Shown here piece by piece: positions 8,624-19,834 of a stretch of 64,000 bases of DNA; position 1 is the first letter of the stretch; each line of letters starts with the position of its first letter. A program made the translations under genes and the position numbers. The DNA is from Bifidobacterium breve (GTDB lineage: Bacteria; Actinomycetota; Actinomycetes; Nanopelagicales; Nanopelagicaceae), in the NCBI GenBank assembly GCA_945866305.1, contig CAMBGS010000001.1, positions 148-64,147 on the forward strand, given 5' to 3'. A model generated the notes under the pieces. It was not told the DNA's origin. It did not search any database and saw only the letters and a program-made list of their open reading frames with translations.

Positions 8624-9928
8624 ATGAAACTTTCAGTAATCGGTTGCGGATACTTAGGCGCAACCCATGCAGCTTGCATGTCGTCCTTAGGGTTTGACGT
8701 AGTTGGAATTGATACTGATCAGAGCAAAGTTGATCTACTTACTAAGGGTGAGCTCCCCTTTTACGAACCAGGTCTGGACACGCTTTTAGCCTCGGAAATC
8801 AAAACAGGACGCCTTACTTTTACTACTGATTTTGCAGCAGCCGCTGATGCCGATATTCACTTTATTTGTGTTGGCACACCACAAAGTAAAGATGGATTGG
8901 CTGCTGATTTAACATTTGTAAAATCAGCAATTGCCGCAATCGCACCACATTTAAAAGATGGGGCTCTAGTTGTTGGAAAATCGACAGTTCCAGTGGGTAC
9001 TGCTCAAGCACTACGTGAACTTCTGGCGACTTCTGCCCCTCAGGCTGATTTAGCTTGGAATCCAGAATTCTTGCGCGAAGGTTTCGCAGTGGTGGATACG
9101 TTAACGCCAAATCGTTTGGTGGTCGGAGTAGTTAATGATCGCGCCGAAGAGATACTGAAAGAAGTTTATAAACCGCTGATTGATCTTGGCACACCTTGGA
9201 TTCGTGCAGATCTTCCCACTGCAGAACTTGTTAAAGTCGCTGCAAATTCATTTCTCGCCACCAAAATTTCATTTATCAATGCCATGGCCGAAGTTTGTGA
9301 AGCCGCTGGCGGTGACGTGACAGTTTTAGCTAAAGCAATTGGTTACGATCCACGAATTGGTAGTCGATTCTTGCAGGCAGGCATTGGTTTTGGTGGTGGC
9401 TGCCTTCCGAAAGATATCCGTGCTTTTATGGCGCGTGCCGAAGAACTTGGTGCTGATCAAGCCCTCGAATTTTTGCGTGAGATCGATGCGATTAACTTAA
9501 GAGCACGTCAGCGGGTAATTGATGTAGTTCGCGCCGATCTTTCTGAAGATTTAACGCAATATAAAATTGCAATACTTGGCGCTACCTTTAAACCAGATAG
9601 CGATGATGTGCGTGATTCCCCCGCGCTGGATATCGCCGCCCAGCTTCAAGCCGCCGGTGCAACAGTTGTTGTCCACGATCCAAAGGGAATCGAACCTGCA
9701 CGTAAGCGATTCCCTCACTTGGATTATGCAGAGAAAGTCACCGATTGCGTAAAGGGATCAGATGCGATTCTCCACTTAACCGAGTGGAAGGAATACCGAG
9801 AACTTGATCCTTCCGTAATTGGTCAATTAGTTAAATCTAAATTCTTAATTGATGGTCGCAACGCCCTTGATCGCGAAAAATGGCGCGCTGCTGGTTGGCG
9901 CGTACACGCACTTGGCCGCACAGATTAG
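8624..9928 (+). CDS. ugd: UDP-glucose 6-dehydrogenase
   Basis: GCGYLG Rossmann, KSTVPVGT, NPEFLREG, GFGGGCLPKD, FKPDSDDVRDSP. Confidence 0.93.
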   Translation: MKLSVIGCGYLGATHAACMSSLGFDVVGIDTDQSKVDLLTKGELPFYEPGLDTLLASEIKTGRLTFTTDFAAAADADIHFICVGTPQSKDGLAADLTFVKSAIAAIAPHLKDGALVVGKSTVPVGTAQALRELLATSAPQADLAWNPEFLREGFAVVDTLTPNRLVVGVVNDRAEEILKEVYKPLIDLGTPWIRADLPTAELVKVAANSFLATKISFINAMAEVCEAAGGDVTVLAKAIGYDPRIGSRFLQAGIGFGGGCLPKDIRAFMARAEELGADQALEFLREIDAINLRARQRVIDVVRADLSEDLTQYKIAILGATFKPDSDDVRDSPALDIAAQLQAAGATVVVHDPKGIEPARKRFPHLDYAEKVTDCVKGSDAILHLTEWKEYRELDPSVIGQLVKSKFLIDGRNALDREKWRAAGWRVHALGRTD

Positions 9929-9932
9929 CGAA

Positions 9933-10439
9933 TTAAAATCCAGTTTTTTGGTTACGGCGGGCGCTTAAATTAGCACCCTTTTCCTTTGCTTCCGAATTGA
10001 TTGCAACTAACGCTTCGCCAACTTTTGCGGAAATTGCGCTATCTGATACCCCAAGAATTCGGGCCGCCAAGATTCCAGCATTTTTTGCGTTACCGACTCC
10101 AACAGTTGCAACCGGGATTCCGGCTGGCATTTGAACAATCGAGAGAAGCGAATCCATTCCATCAAGATTCTTTAGCGCAACCGGAACCCCAATGACGGGC
10201 AAGGTTGTGAGTGAGGCAACCATTCCGGGCAGATGCGCTGCGCCGCCAGCCCCAGCAATAATTACCTTAAATCCTTTTGCTTTTGCTTCTTGTGAAAATG
10301 CAACCATCTCAAGTGGCATACGGTGCGCTGATAAAACCTCAGCTGTGTATGTAATTCCAAACGAATCAAGGACTTTTGCCGCTTCCTCCATTACTGGCCA
10401 ATCAGAATCTGACCCCATGATGATTGCAACATCACTCAT
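9933..10439 (-). CDS. purE: N5-CAIR mutase
   Basis: [30 protein letters not shown]. Confidence 0.97.
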   Translation of the reverse strand: MSDVAIIMGSDSDWPVMEEAAKVLDSFGITYTAEVLSAHRMPLEMVAFSQEAKAKGFKVIIAGAGGAAHLPGMVASLTTLPVIGVPVALKNLDGMDSLLSIVQMPAGIPVATVGVGNAKNAGILAARILGVSDSAISAKVGEALVAINSEAKEKGANLSARRNQKTGF

Positions 10440-11544
10440 CAATTTCTCCGCTCATATAGTTGCGTGCGTGTTCAGCTATCTCAGTCAATTCTAGAAGGTT
10501 TTTACCAATCACGGTGACATGGCCAATTTTGCGCCCTTTACGCACTTCTTTCTTGTATTGGTGAAACTTTAACTCTGGATTTCGAGCCATCAGGTGCAGA
10601 TATGGCCGATACATATCGGTCTTATCTCCACCTAAAATATTGCCCATAACCGCAAAAGGTGCGGTCATCGTTGGATCACCAAGAGGTAAATCTAAAATTG
10701 CACGTAAATGCTGTTCGAATTGACTCGTCCGAGCGCCTTCAATAGTCCAATGTCCAGAATTATGAGGGCGCATCGCTAACTCATTTATATAAAGCTGATC
10801 TCCCTTAACAAACATTTCAACTGCCATGACTCCAATCAGAGAAATCTCCTCGGCAATTGAAAGCGCTAAGTGCTGCGCCTGCTCAGCAACTGCAGATGAA
10901 ATTACCTGCGCCGGAGTGATAGTCAATGTGCAAATTCCATCTTCCTGCACCGTCTGCGTCGGCGCCCAAGAAGTCGCCTGACCATGTTCAGAACGAGCCA
11001 CCATCACAGCAATTTCACTATCGAAATCGATTAATTCTTCGATTAAAAGTTGTGGGTGCTCCTTCAAGATTTTTTCTAAGTAAGCTTTATCTTCTACTTT
11101 CCAGACGCCCCTTCCGTCATAGCCTCCAGATATTCGTTTAGCGATAAATGGAAATTCAAAAGCTTGGTCTGCACCTGAGATAACACGCCAATTAGGAGCT
11201 TGGTACGAGGCTAACTTTTCGCGCATTGCTGATTTATCTTGAGAGTATTGGAACGAGTTTGAAGTCGGAAATACCTTAACTCCTGCCGCTTCTAACCCTT
11301 TGATTACGGGAAGTGGTACAAGTTCATGTTCAAAGGTTACGAGATCGCACTTCTTGGCAAATTCCAACAATTGTGAAAGGTCGCGGTAATCACCAACTAC
11401 GTGTGGTGCAATTTGTGCCGCGCTATCTTGCTCATCTTGTGCAAATAGCAAGAGATTAATGCCCAGTGCGCTCGCTGGAGCCACGGTCATTCGTGCTAAT
11501 TGCCCGGCGCCGATTATTCCGACGGTAGGAAAGCGCTCATTCAC
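10432..11544 (-). CDS. purK: N5-CAIR synthetase
   Basis: [34 protein letters not shown]; start moved to GTG 11544 (TACGAT lies 6 nt upstream). Confidence 0.95.
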   Translation of the reverse strand: MNERFPTVGIIGAGQLARMTVAPASALGINLLLFAQDEQDSAAQIAPHVVGDYRDLSQLLEFAKKCDLVTFEHELVPLPVIKGLEAAGVKVFPTSNSFQYSQDKSAMREKLASYQAPNWRVISGADQAFEFPFIAKRISGGYDGRGVWKVEDKAYLEKILKEHPQLLIEELIDFDSEIAVMVARSEHGQATSWAPTQTVQEDGICTLTITPAQVISSAVAEQAQHLALSIAEEISLIGVMAVEMFVKGDQLYINELAMRPHNSGHWTIEGARTSQFEQHLRAILDLPLGDPTMTAPFAVMGNILGGDKTDMYRPYLHLMARNPELKFHQYKKEVRKGRKIGHVTVIGKNLLELTEIAEHARNYMSGEIDE

Positions 11545-11548
11545 ATCG

Positions 11549-12313
11549 CTATCGTAGATGAACAATATCTCCGACGTTAACTTCAAAGCCATCATCAAGC
11601 ATTAGCGCTCCAACTTTATTTATGGTTAGCGCCTTCCCGGTGCGATTTGCCCGCCCGATAACCTCAATCTGCACTTGGCGCCCAAGAGTTGCACAGACTG
11701 CGCTATACCTATCGATGAAATCAGCTCCCCCATCCCACTTCTCAAAATTAACTACAAAGAGATTTAGAAAATCGGCAAGTAATAAATTGCGATCTAATTT
11801 AGATGAACCCATAAGTGCTATGGATGTTGCTGTCTCCACTGGCAGCTCTTCTGCTGTCATGGCAACATTAACTCCAATTCCGATAATTACTCCATCGTTA
11901 GTGGCTTGCGACAATATGCCAGCAACTTTTTTATCTCCAATCAAAATATCATTTGGCCATTTCAGGGACACTTGCGATGGAATATCCTGTGAGATAACTT
12001 CCCGCATACTCAGCGCCGCGAGATGCGCTATGAATCCCCAATCGCTGCGCACACGTTTTGGTTTTATGAAAAAAGAAAATAAGAGCGCACTACCTGGTGC
12101 TGCTTCAAAAGTCCGATCTAATCTGCCGCGTCCAGCCGATTGAAATTCTGCAGCGATTACATCTCCATTTATTGCAGCGCTAGAGTTAACTAAATCTGCG
12201 AGATCAATTTGAGTAGATGACGTGAGATCAACCACGCTTACTCGCCAGTATTGCGAAGACCGCGATTCGATCACCGCTTTATCCAGTGGCGCTCTTGGCG
12301 CTGATGTACCCAC
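11549..12313 (-). CDS. birA: Biotin-protein ligase (no N-terminal HTH)
   Basis: QSAGRGRLDR, LKWPNDI, KVAGIL, GIGVNV; start moved to GTG 12313 to avoid overlap with the divergent carboxyltransferase gene. Confidence 0.9.
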   Translation of the reverse strand: MGTSAPRAPLDKAVIESRSSQYWRVSVVDLTSSTQIDLADLVNSSAAINGDVIAAEFQSAGRGRLDRTFEAAPGSALLFSFFIKPKRVRSDWGFIAHLAALSMREVISQDIPSQVSLKWPNDILIGDKKVAGILSQATNDGVIIGIGVNVAMTAEELPVETATSIALMGSSKLDRNLLLADFLNLFVVNFEKWDGGADFIDRYSAVCATLGRQVQIEVIGRANRTGKALTINKVGALMLDDGFEVNVGDIVHLR

Positions 12314-12331
12314 GCCTAGTACCGTAGAGCC
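12314..12331. promoter_or_regulatory. Bidirectional promoter with overlapping -10 hexamers (leaderless in both directions)
   Basis: TACCGTA at 12320-12326 reads TACCGT on + (6 nt before ATG 12332) and TACGGT on - (7 nt before GTG 12313). Confidence 0.65.
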
Positions 12332-13903
12332 ATGAGCCCAGATCTGCATACAACTTCAGGAAAAATTGAAGATCTCCGTCTTCGTGTTGAAGAAGCAATA
12401 CACGGTGGTTCTGCCCGTGCGGTAGAGAAGCAACATGCCAAAGGTAAGTTGACCGCCCGCGAACGTATTGACTTGTTGGTCGATGCTGACTCTTTCACAG
12501 AAATTGATGAGTTCGCACGTCATCGTTCAACGCAGTTTGGAATGGAGAACAACCGCCCATACGGCGACGGAGTAGTGATTGGTACTGCGACTGTAGATGG
12601 ACGACCTATTGCCCTCTACTCACAAGATTTCACTGTTATGGGTGGAAGTCTTGGCGAAGTACACGCTGAAAAAATTGTAAAGATCGCCGAATTTGCGCTC
12701 AAGAGCGGAATTCCATTAATTGGAATAAATGATTCGGGTGGAGCTCGCATTCAAGAAGGCGTCGCATCGCTAAATGGATACGGCAAGATCTTCCGACTAA
12801 ACACTCGCTCATCAGGTGTAATTCCACAAATATCTCTGATCTTGGGGCCGTGTGCTGGTGGTTCGGCATATTCACCTGCTCTTACCGACTTCACAGTGAT
12901 GGTCAATGAAACATCACATATGTTTATTACTGGACCAGATGTGATTAAGACGGTTACCGGTGAAGATGTTGAAATGGAAGAACTCGGTGGCGCTTTTACC
13001 CACAACACTCGCTCTGGAAACGCGCACTATTTGGCAGATAGCGAAGCAGATGCGATTGACTACGTAAAAGCGCTACTTTCTTATCTTCCATCAAATAATA
13101 TGGATGGTTCCCCTCATCTTCCACCAACTCAAAACTTAGATGAAAGCGCGGCAGACACCGCCCTCAATGAATTAATTCCAGATAGCCCTAATCAGCCGTA
13201 TGACATGAAGACTTTGATAACTACCTTGGTCGATGAAGGAGAGTTCCTAGAAGTCCACGCTTTGTATGCTCCAAATATTATTGTTGGTTTTGCGCGCATC
13301 GAAGGTGAATCAATCGGAATTATTGCAAATCAGCCTTCCCAATTAGCCGGTACTTTAGATATCAACTCGAGCGAGAAAGCGGCTCGTTTTCTCCGTTTCT
13401 GCGATGCGTTCAACATTCCTATTCTGACATTAGTGGATGTTCCTGGATTCTTGCCTGGAACGGAACAGGAATGGAACGGCATAATCCGCCGTGGTGCGAA
13501 GCTACTTTACGCATACGCCGAAGCGTCCGTACCGCTCGTAACGCTGATTACACGTAAAGCATATGGTGGAGCCTTTATTGTTATGGGTTCAAAGTATTTG
13601 GGAAGCGATATTAACTTCGCGTGGCCAAGCGCTGAAATTGCAGTGATGGGGGCGCAAGGTGCGGTAAACATTCTCTACCGCAAAGAAATCGCTGAAGCTA
13701 AAGATCCTGAGAAAGCACGCGCTAAATTGGTTTCTGAGTACACCGAAACTCTATCTAATCCATACGCTGCTGCAGAGCGCGGGACCATTGACAGCGTGAT
13801 TGAGCCACATCAATCGCGTGCTTACATCACCAAAGCGTTCCGCACCTTAAAGACGAAGCGCGACACATTGCCTGCGCGCAAGCACGGAAATATTCCACTG
13901 TAA
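12332..13903 (+). CDS. Acyl-CoA carboxylase carboxyltransferase (beta) subunit, AccD5/PccB-like
   Basis: [47 protein letters not shown]. Confidence 0.93.
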   Translation: MSPDLHTTSGKIEDLRLRVEEAIHGGSARAVEKQHAKGKLTARERIDLLVDADSFTEIDEFARHRSTQFGMENNRPYGDGVVIGTATVDGRPIALYSQDFTVMGGSLGEVHAEKIVKIAEFALKSGIPLIGINDSGGARIQEGVASLNGYGKIFRLNTRSSGVIPQISLILGPCAGGSAYSPALTDFTVMVNETSHMFITGPDVIKTVTGEDVEMEELGGAFTHNTRSGNAHYLADSEADAIDYVKALLSYLPSNNMDGSPHLPPTQNLDESAADTALNELIPDSPNQPYDMKTLITTLVDEGEFLEVHALYAPNIIVGFARIEGESIGIIANQPSQLAGTLDINSSEKAARFLRFCDAFNIPILTLVDVPGFLPGTEQEWNGIIRRGAKLLYAYAEASVPLVTLITRKAYGGAFIVMGSKYLGSDINFAWPSAEIAVMGAQGAVNILYRKEIAEAKDPEKARAKLVSEYTETLSNPYAAAERGTIDSVIEPHQSRAYITKAFRTLKTKRDTLPARKHGNIPL

Positions 13904-14088
13904 TGAAATTTACTGTTACCACTGGAAATCCAAGTGAAGAAGAGCTATCAGCGATTAGTCAAGCTTTGGAAAATCACCAGATGCAAGATTTAACGCCTGT
14001 CATTAAGCGAAGTGTCTTCGGATTGCCGCAGTTACGCCAACCGCTGCCCCATCAAATTACATTTGGCGCACGGAGAAAAATCAAATAA
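13903..14088 (+). CDS. Acyl-CoA carboxylase epsilon subunit
   Basis: 61 aa with GNPSEEELSAI motif, directly after the beta subunit (TAATG overlap). Confidence 0.75.
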   Translation: MKFTVTTGNPSEEELSAISQALENHQMQDLTPVIKRSVFGLPQLRQPLPHQITFGARRKIK

Positions 14089-14690
14089 TGCCGCAGATCG
14101 TTCTGGCTTCACAATCAACTTCACGCCTTCGTTTACTTGAAGGCGCAGGCATTTCGCCAATAGTAAGAGTTAGCCAGGTTGATGAAGAGACCGATTTCTT
14201 TAACGCTATGACTCCCGCGGATATGGTTATTGCGTTGGCGGTGACGAAAGCTCACACGGTGCGCGAACAGATCAATTTTCCAGCGATAATTATTGGTTGT
14301 GATTCAACGTTTGATGTAGATGGCGTCTCCTTTGGCAAGCCAGATTCGCCGGAGGTGGCAAGAGAGCGTGCGTTAGCCATTAGCGGTCGAAGTGGATTGC
14401 TGCATACAGGCCACTGCATAATCGATACAGAGCAAGGTCGCGAGATTGCAGATCGTGTGACGACCAAAGTTACATTTTCAAAAATGAGTAGCGATGAAAT
14501 TGATGATTACATTGCATCCGGAGAGCCACTCCACGTTGCTGGTGGTTTTACTTTAGATGGATTTGGTTCGCCCTTTATTCCAGTTATTGAAGGCGATTAC
14601 ACCAATGTTGTCGGAATCTCGATGCCGTTTTTCAGATCTGCCATGTCCCAACTTGGCTATTCTTGGCCGCAAGTTAAGGAGATGCGATGA
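14088..14690 (+). CDS. maf: Maf-family nucleoside triphosphate pyrophosphatase
   Basis: [31 protein letters not shown]. Confidence 0.9.
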   Translation: MPQIVLASQSTSRLRLLEGAGISPIVRVSQVDEETDFFNAMTPADMVIALAVTKAHTVREQINFPAIIIGCDSTFDVDGVSFGKPDSPEVARERALAISGRSGLLHTGHCIIDTEQGREIADRVTTKVTFSKMSSDEIDDYIASGEPLHVAGGFTLDGFGSPFIPVIEGDYTNVVGISMPFFRSAMSQLGYSWPQVKEMR

Positions 14691-16405
14691 AACGCGTTTT
14701 AATTGCTAATCGGGGTGAGATCGCGGTTCGCGTTATTCGCGCTTGTCGCGATCACGGAATTGAAAGCGTTGCCGTTTATTCTGAGGAGGATCGCGATGCG
14801 ATTCATACTAAGGGCGCAGATTTTGCCTTCTCGCTAAATGGCACAACAGCAACGCAAACTTATTTAGATATTTCCAAGATAATTGCTGTGGCTAAAGACT
14901 CTGGTGCGGATGCAATTCATCCTGGTTATGGATTCCTCTCTGAACGTGCAGATTTTGCGCAAGCTGTGATCGATGCTGGATTAATTTGGATTGGACCACC
15001 GCCTGCTGCAATTAGTGCACTTGGAGATAAGGTCTCTGCTCGCAGAATTGCCGCCAAAGTAGGTGCGCCCTTGGTCGCAGGAACTAAGGATCCAGTTGCT
15101 GGGCATGAAGAAGTTACAGCTTTTGCAAAAGAACACGGTCTGCCCGTTGCAATCAAGGCGGCATTTGGTGGCGGTGGTCGCGGCTTAAAAGTTGCCCACA
15201 CAATGGAGGAGATTCCCGAACTTTTTGCATCGGCTGTGCGTGAAGCGATCGCTGGTTTTGGTCGTGGTGAATGTTTTGTTGAGCGCTATCTTGATAAACC
15301 ACGCCACGTGGAAACTCAAGTTCTAGTTGATCAACACGGTCACGCCGTTGTCGTAAGTACGCGTGACTGTTCTCTGCAACGTCGCCATCAGAAGTTGGTT
15401 GAAGAAGCACCTGCACCATTCTTAACGGATGCGCAAAATGATGAGCTCTACCGTTCAAGTAAAGCAATTATGAAAGAAGCGGGTTATATCGGCGCTGGTA
15501 CCTGCGAATTCTTAGTTGGAAATGATGGGACCATCTCTTTTCTCGAAGTAAATACTCGTCTACAAGTTGAGCATCCGATTAGCGAAGAAGTTGCGGGAAT
15601 AGATTTAGTCCGCGAACAATTCCGAATTGCTATGGGTGAGAGTCTCGGTTTTGATGATCCGATAATTCGTGGCCATTCACTTGAATTCCGAATTAATGGA
15701 GAAGATCCCGGACGTTCATTCCTGCCCGCTCCAGGCAGAATTACAAAATGGAATTTGCCATCCGGTCCAGGTGTACGTGTAGATGCCGGATTTAAGAGCG
15801 GTGACACCATCGGCGGAAACTTTGATTCGCTTCTCGCAAAATTGATTGTTACTGGTGCCACCCGAAAAGAGGCGATTGAGCGTGCTCGGCGCGCTTTAGC
15901 TGAATTTGAGGTGGATGGATTAGCAACGGCAATTCCTTTCCACCGTGCAATTTTGCAAGATCCTGCTTTCACTGAAGAATTTCGGGTCTACACCAGTTAT
16001 ATTGAAAATGAATTTAAGAATGAGATACCTGCTTTTGCCCCAACGATTGTCCCGCTAACCACTCGAGTTGCAGCAGAACACTTAGTTGCAGAAGTAAATG
16101 GCAAACGCTTTGAAGTTAATATTCACACGCCAGAACCTGTTGTAAAACGCCATCGCGCCAAAGAATCTAAAGTTGGTGGGGCTGGAGGCACTGGGTTAAC
16201 TAGCCCAATGCAAGGCACAGTTGTAAAAGTTGCGGTAGAAGTTGGGCAAACTGTTCTCGCTGGTGATTTGATAATTGTTCTAGAAGCTATGAAAATGGAG
16301 CAGCCGTTGATTGCACATAGGTCTGGCATGATTGCAAATCTCACAGCAGCGATCGGTGAGACGGTGGCGAGCGGCACCGTGCTCTGTGACATTATTGACG
16401 CATGA
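14687..16405 (+). CDS. Biotin carboxylase/BCCP alpha subunit of acyl-CoA carboxylase (AccA3/BccA-like)
   Basis: [32 protein letters not shown] and the biotinylation motif EAMKM. Confidence 0.95.
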   Translation: MKRVLIANRGEIAVRVIRACRDHGIESVAVYSEEDRDAIHTKGADFAFSLNGTTATQTYLDISKIIAVAKDSGADAIHPGYGFLSERADFAQAVIDAGLIWIGPPPAAISALGDKVSARRIAAKVGAPLVAGTKDPVAGHEEVTAFAKEHGLPVAIKAAFGGGGRGLKVAHTMEEIPELFASAVREAIAGFGRGECFVERYLDKPRHVETQVLVDQHGHAVVVSTRDCSLQRRHQKLVEEAPAPFLTDAQNDELYRSSKAIMKEAGYIGAGTCEFLVGNDGTISFLEVNTRLQVEHPISEEVAGIDLVREQFRIAMGESLGFDDPIIRGHSLEFRINGEDPGRSFLPAPGRITKWNLPSGPGVRVDAGFKSGDTIGGNFDSLLAKLIVTGATRKEAIERARRALAEFEVDGLATAIPFHRAILQDPAFTEEFRVYTSYIENEFKNEIPAFAPTIVPLTTRVAAEHLVAEVNGKRFEVNIHTPEPVVKRHRAKESKVGGAGGTGLTSPMQGTVVKVAVEVGQTVLAGDLIIVLEAMKMEQPLIAHRSGMIANLTAAIGETVASGTVLCDIIDA

Positions 16406-17232
16406 CTTCAACTGAACTTCTCTACTCTGATCCACTTGCCGCCGCAGCACAAGCCGCTGCAGAAATTGCGCAGCGCACAGGGGTTGCTTCTCACGATATT
16501 GCTTTAGTTATGGGTTCTGGTTGGGTTACCGCTGTAGATGCACTTGGTGATCCTGTATATGAATGTAATGCAGAAGAGTTGACTGGATTCTTGCCGCCAG
16601 CGGTAGAAGGACATTCAGGCAAAGTGCGCAGTTATGAAATCAAAGATGGTGCCAAGACTATTCGCGCATTAGTCTTTTTAGGTCGCACACATCTTTATGA
16701 GGGAAAAGGTATGGAGCCCGTGGTTCACGGCGTGCGCACTGCCGTTAAAGCCGGTTGCAAAGTCATACTTTTAACAAATGCTTGCGGTGGAATTAACACC
16801 ACTTACAAAGTAGGTCAACCAGTACTGATTCGCGATCATATTTCTCTTACTGCTGCTACCCCGCTAGTTGGTGCAACTTTTATCGATTTAACAGATCTAT
16901 ATAGCAAACGCTTGCGTGCGATCGTGAAAGAAGCAGATGCTTCCCTAGCGGAAGGCGTTTACGTACATTGGCGCGGTCCAACATATGAAACGCCAGCGGA
17001 AATCTTAATGATGCGCGGGATGGGTGCAGATTTAGTTGGAATGTCTACAGTTCCTGAAGCTATTGCGGCGCACGCTCTTGGAGCGGAAGTGCTAGCAATT
17101 TCATTGGTAACTAACGCTGCGGCAGGCGTTACTGGTGAAAAACTCAATCACGAGGAAGTAATCGCGGCAGGGAAAGCTGCGGCATCTCGTATGGGATCTC
17201 TTATGAAATCTGTAATTCCCAATCTGATTTAA
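16402..17232 (+). CDS. punA: Purine nucleoside phosphorylase (trimeric type)
   Basis: [35 protein letters not shown]. Confidence 0.93.
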   Translation: MTSTELLYSDPLAAAAQAAAEIAQRTGVASHDIALVMGSGWVTAVDALGDPVYECNAEELTGFLPPAVEGHSGKVRSYEIKDGAKTIRALVFLGRTHLYEGKGMEPVVHGVRTAVKAGCKVILLTNACGGINTTYKVGQPVLIRDHISLTAATPLVGATFIDLTDLYSKRLRAIVKEADASLAEGVYVHWRGPTYETPAEILMMRGMGADLVGMSTVPEAIAAHALGAEVLAISLVTNAAAGVTGEKLNHEEVIAAGKAAASRMGSLMKSVIPNLI

Positions 17233-17250
17233 TCTCATTAGGCTGTACAA

Positions 17251-18867
17251 GTGAACGCAGAATTAAAGGCTGAGGTGCAAGCCTGGATGACAGATGATCC
17301 AGACCCAAAAACCGCCGCCGAATTAACTGCACTGCTCGAATCAAATGATGAAGAAACTCTAAAGAAATATTTCTCTGGATTTCTTCAATTTGGAACCGCT
17401 GGCTTGCGCGGACCGGTCGGACCAGGGCCTTCTTGTATGAATCGCGCCGTCGTCGGCCGAACTGCTGCTGGTATTTCTGCTTATATGAAAGAGCGTGGAA
17501 TGAAGCGCGTTGTCATTGGACGAGATGCCCGTTATGGATCTGAGGATTTCACAACTGAGAGCGCTGAAATTTTCGCTGGAGCAGGTTTTGAGGTATTTGT
17601 CTTGCCGCGACCGCTTCCAACTCCAGTTTTAGCATTTGCCACCTATCAACTTAAATGTGATGTAGGTGTAATGGTTACCGCTAGCCACAATCCCCCACAA
17701 GATAACGGATACAAGGTTTATATCGGTCCAACCGCAGATGGCATTGATTATGCTGCTTCGCAAATAATTACTCCGACCGATAAATTAATTGCCAAAGAAA
17801 TTGCTGGGATTACATCTCTGGCCAGCGCCCCACGTGGAAAGTCTTGGACCATTGTCGGTGAAGAAGTGATCTCAGAATACGTGCGCCGAACCGCGCTCAT
17901 TGCTCCTAAACCTGGTGATTTAAAAATTGTTTATACCGCGATGCACGGCGTTGGAACGGAGACAGCACAACGCGTATTCAACCACGCGGGTTTTGCCACC
18001 TTGATCCTGGTAGATGAGCAGTGCACACCAGATCCTGACTTCCCAACCGTGGCATTCCCCAATCCAGAAGAACTAGGTGCCATTGACTTGGCGCTAAAAA
18101 AAGCAAGGGACTTTGGTGCTGATCTAGTAATTGCAAATGATCCGGATGCAGATCGCTGCGCCGCTGCAGTCAACGATCCTAAAGTTGGATGGAGAATGTT
18201 GCGTGGTGATGAGCTCGGGGTAATTTTTGGCGAATGGATTGCCCGCTCTCACAGCCACGGAAGTTTTGGAAATTCGATAGTTTCTTCTTCCGCTCTTCGC
18301 AAGATTGCAGCCCACTATTCAATCGATTTTAAAGAGGTTTTAACTGGATTTAAATGGCTGGCAAAAATCGAAGATCTAGCCTACGGATACGAAGAGGCAA
18401 TTGGGTATGCAGTTGATTCAGAGACGGTAAATGATAAAGATGGAATTTCTGCTGCCTTACTTCTTGCACAGATTGCGACAGAGTTAAAGTCACAAGGCTT
18501 AACTCTTTTGGACTTACTAAATGAAGTTTGGTCTCGTCACGGATTCCACGGCACCGAGCAGATATCTATTCGAGTCTCCGATGTCTCGCAAATAACGCAA
18601 GTGCTTACAAGGCTCCGCAACAACCCTCCGACAGAAATTGCAGGGCGGGCAGTTCTTTCAATCGATGATTTAACTAAGCCGCAAGATGGGTTGCCGCCAA
18701 CGGACGGGTTGCGGCTGTGGATAGATGGTGGAATCCGTATGATTGTGCGTCCGAGCGGAACGGAGGCGAAGATGAAGTGCTACATAGAAGTTATAACCAA
18801 AGATGCAGATACATCAAATGATTTACTCAATCAACTTCGCCAGCCGATAATGGAATTACTCTCATGA
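17251..18867 (+). CDS. Alpha-D-phosphohexomutase superfamily enzyme (probable phosphopentomutase by context)
   Basis: FGTAGLRG, TASHNP (phosphoserine), DPDADR, YEEAIG, RPSGTEAK; lies between punA and deoC. Confidence 0.88.
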   Translation: MNAELKAEVQAWMTDDPDPKTAAELTALLESNDEETLKKYFSGFLQFGTAGLRGPVGPGPSCMNRAVVGRTAAGISAYMKERGMKRVVIGRDARYGSEDFTTESAEIFAGAGFEVFVLPRPLPTPVLAFATYQLKCDVGVMVTASHNPPQDNGYKVYIGPTADGIDYAASQIITPTDKLIAKEIAGITSLASAPRGKSWTIVGEEVISEYVRRTALIAPKPGDLKIVYTAMHGVGTETAQRVFNHAGFATLILVDEQCTPDPDFPTVAFPNPEELGAIDLALKKARDFGADLVIANDPDADRCAAAVNDPKVGWRMLRGDELGVIFGEWIARSHSHGSFGNSIVSSSALRKIAAHYSIDFKEVLTGFKWLAKIEDLAYGYEEAIGYAVDSETVNDKDGISAALLLAQIATELKSQGLTLLDLLNEVWSRHGFHGTEQISIRVSDVSQITQVLTRLRNNPPTEIAGRAVLSIDDLTKPQDGLPPTDGLRLWIDGGIRMIVRPSGTEAKMKCYIEVITKDADTSNDLLNQLRQPIMELLS

Positions 18868-19811
18868 CTTTCTACGGAATCGTTGATGGTTCAGAAAGTT
18901 CGCTAAAGCACTTTCTCGCGCAATTACCTGGCGTAGATCAAGTTGGAGCAGATGCTCGCGCCGCGATGTTGGCAACTAGAAGCATTAAAACCTCAAGTAA
19001 GCGCTGGGCAATTGATACCGCAATATCGATGGTTGATCTGACAACTTTAGAAGGTGCTGATACTGCAGGAAAAGTTCGTGCGCTATGTTCAAAAGCGGTA
19101 CGCCCTGATCCAACTGATTCAACGGTACCAAGCGTTGGAGCTATCTGTGTTTACAACGATATGGTCTCGATCGCTCGCATGCACTTAGATGCAATCGGTG
19201 GAAAACATGTTCCAGTTGCTGCAGTCTCAACTGCCTTTCCATCAGGTCGTGCATCAATGGAGGTAAAGATTCAAGATACCCAAGATGCCATAGATGCAGG
19301 TGCTGCAGAAATTGATATGGTTATTGATCGTGGTGCATTTCTATCGGGGCAATATGGTTTGGTCTTTGATGAAATCGTAAAAATCCGCGAAGTCTGTGGA
19401 GATCGCGCTCATCTCAAAGTAATTTTTGAAACTGGCGAATTAGTTACTTATGACAATGTCCGAAAAGCGTCTTACCTAGCCATGCTTGCTGGGGCCGATT
19501 TCATCAAGACATCAACTGGAAAGGTTGCTCCTGCTGCTACCCCGCCGGTCGTATTAGTTATGTTGGAGGCGGTAAGAGATTTCTATCAGATGACGCAGCG
19601 TCGAATTGGAGTAAAGCCGGCGGGCGGAATTCGCAATACTAAGGATGCGATTAAGCAACTAGTGCTCGTTAACGAGACTGCCGGACCAGAATGGCTTACA
19701 CCCGAGTATTTCCGTATTGGGGCTAGCGCTCTGCTCAATGATCTGCTTATGCAACGTATGAAAATGGACGATGGCTACTACGCTAGCCCTAACTACGTAA
19801 CGATTGATTAA
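18864..19811 (+). CDS. deoC: Deoxyribose-phosphate aldolase
   Basis: DLTTLEG, AFPSG, EIDMVIDRG, LKVIFETGEL, DFIKTSTGK, GVKPAGGI. Confidence 0.95.
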   Translation: MTFYGIVDGSESSLKHFLAQLPGVDQVGADARAAMLATRSIKTSSKRWAIDTAISMVDLTTLEGADTAGKVRALCSKAVRPDPTDSTVPSVGAICVYNDMVSIARMHLDAIGGKHVPVAAVSTAFPSGRASMEVKIQDTQDAIDAGAAEIDMVIDRGAFLSGQYGLVFDEIVKIREVCGDRAHLKVIFETGELVTYDNVRKASYLAMLAGADFIKTSTGKVAPAATPPVVLVMLEAVRDFYQMTQRRIGVKPAGGIRNTKDAIKQLVLVNETAGPEWLTPEYFRIGASALLNDLLMQRMKMDDGYYASPNYVTID

Positions 19812-19834
19812 GAGAGAAGATACAGGTTAAAGCG

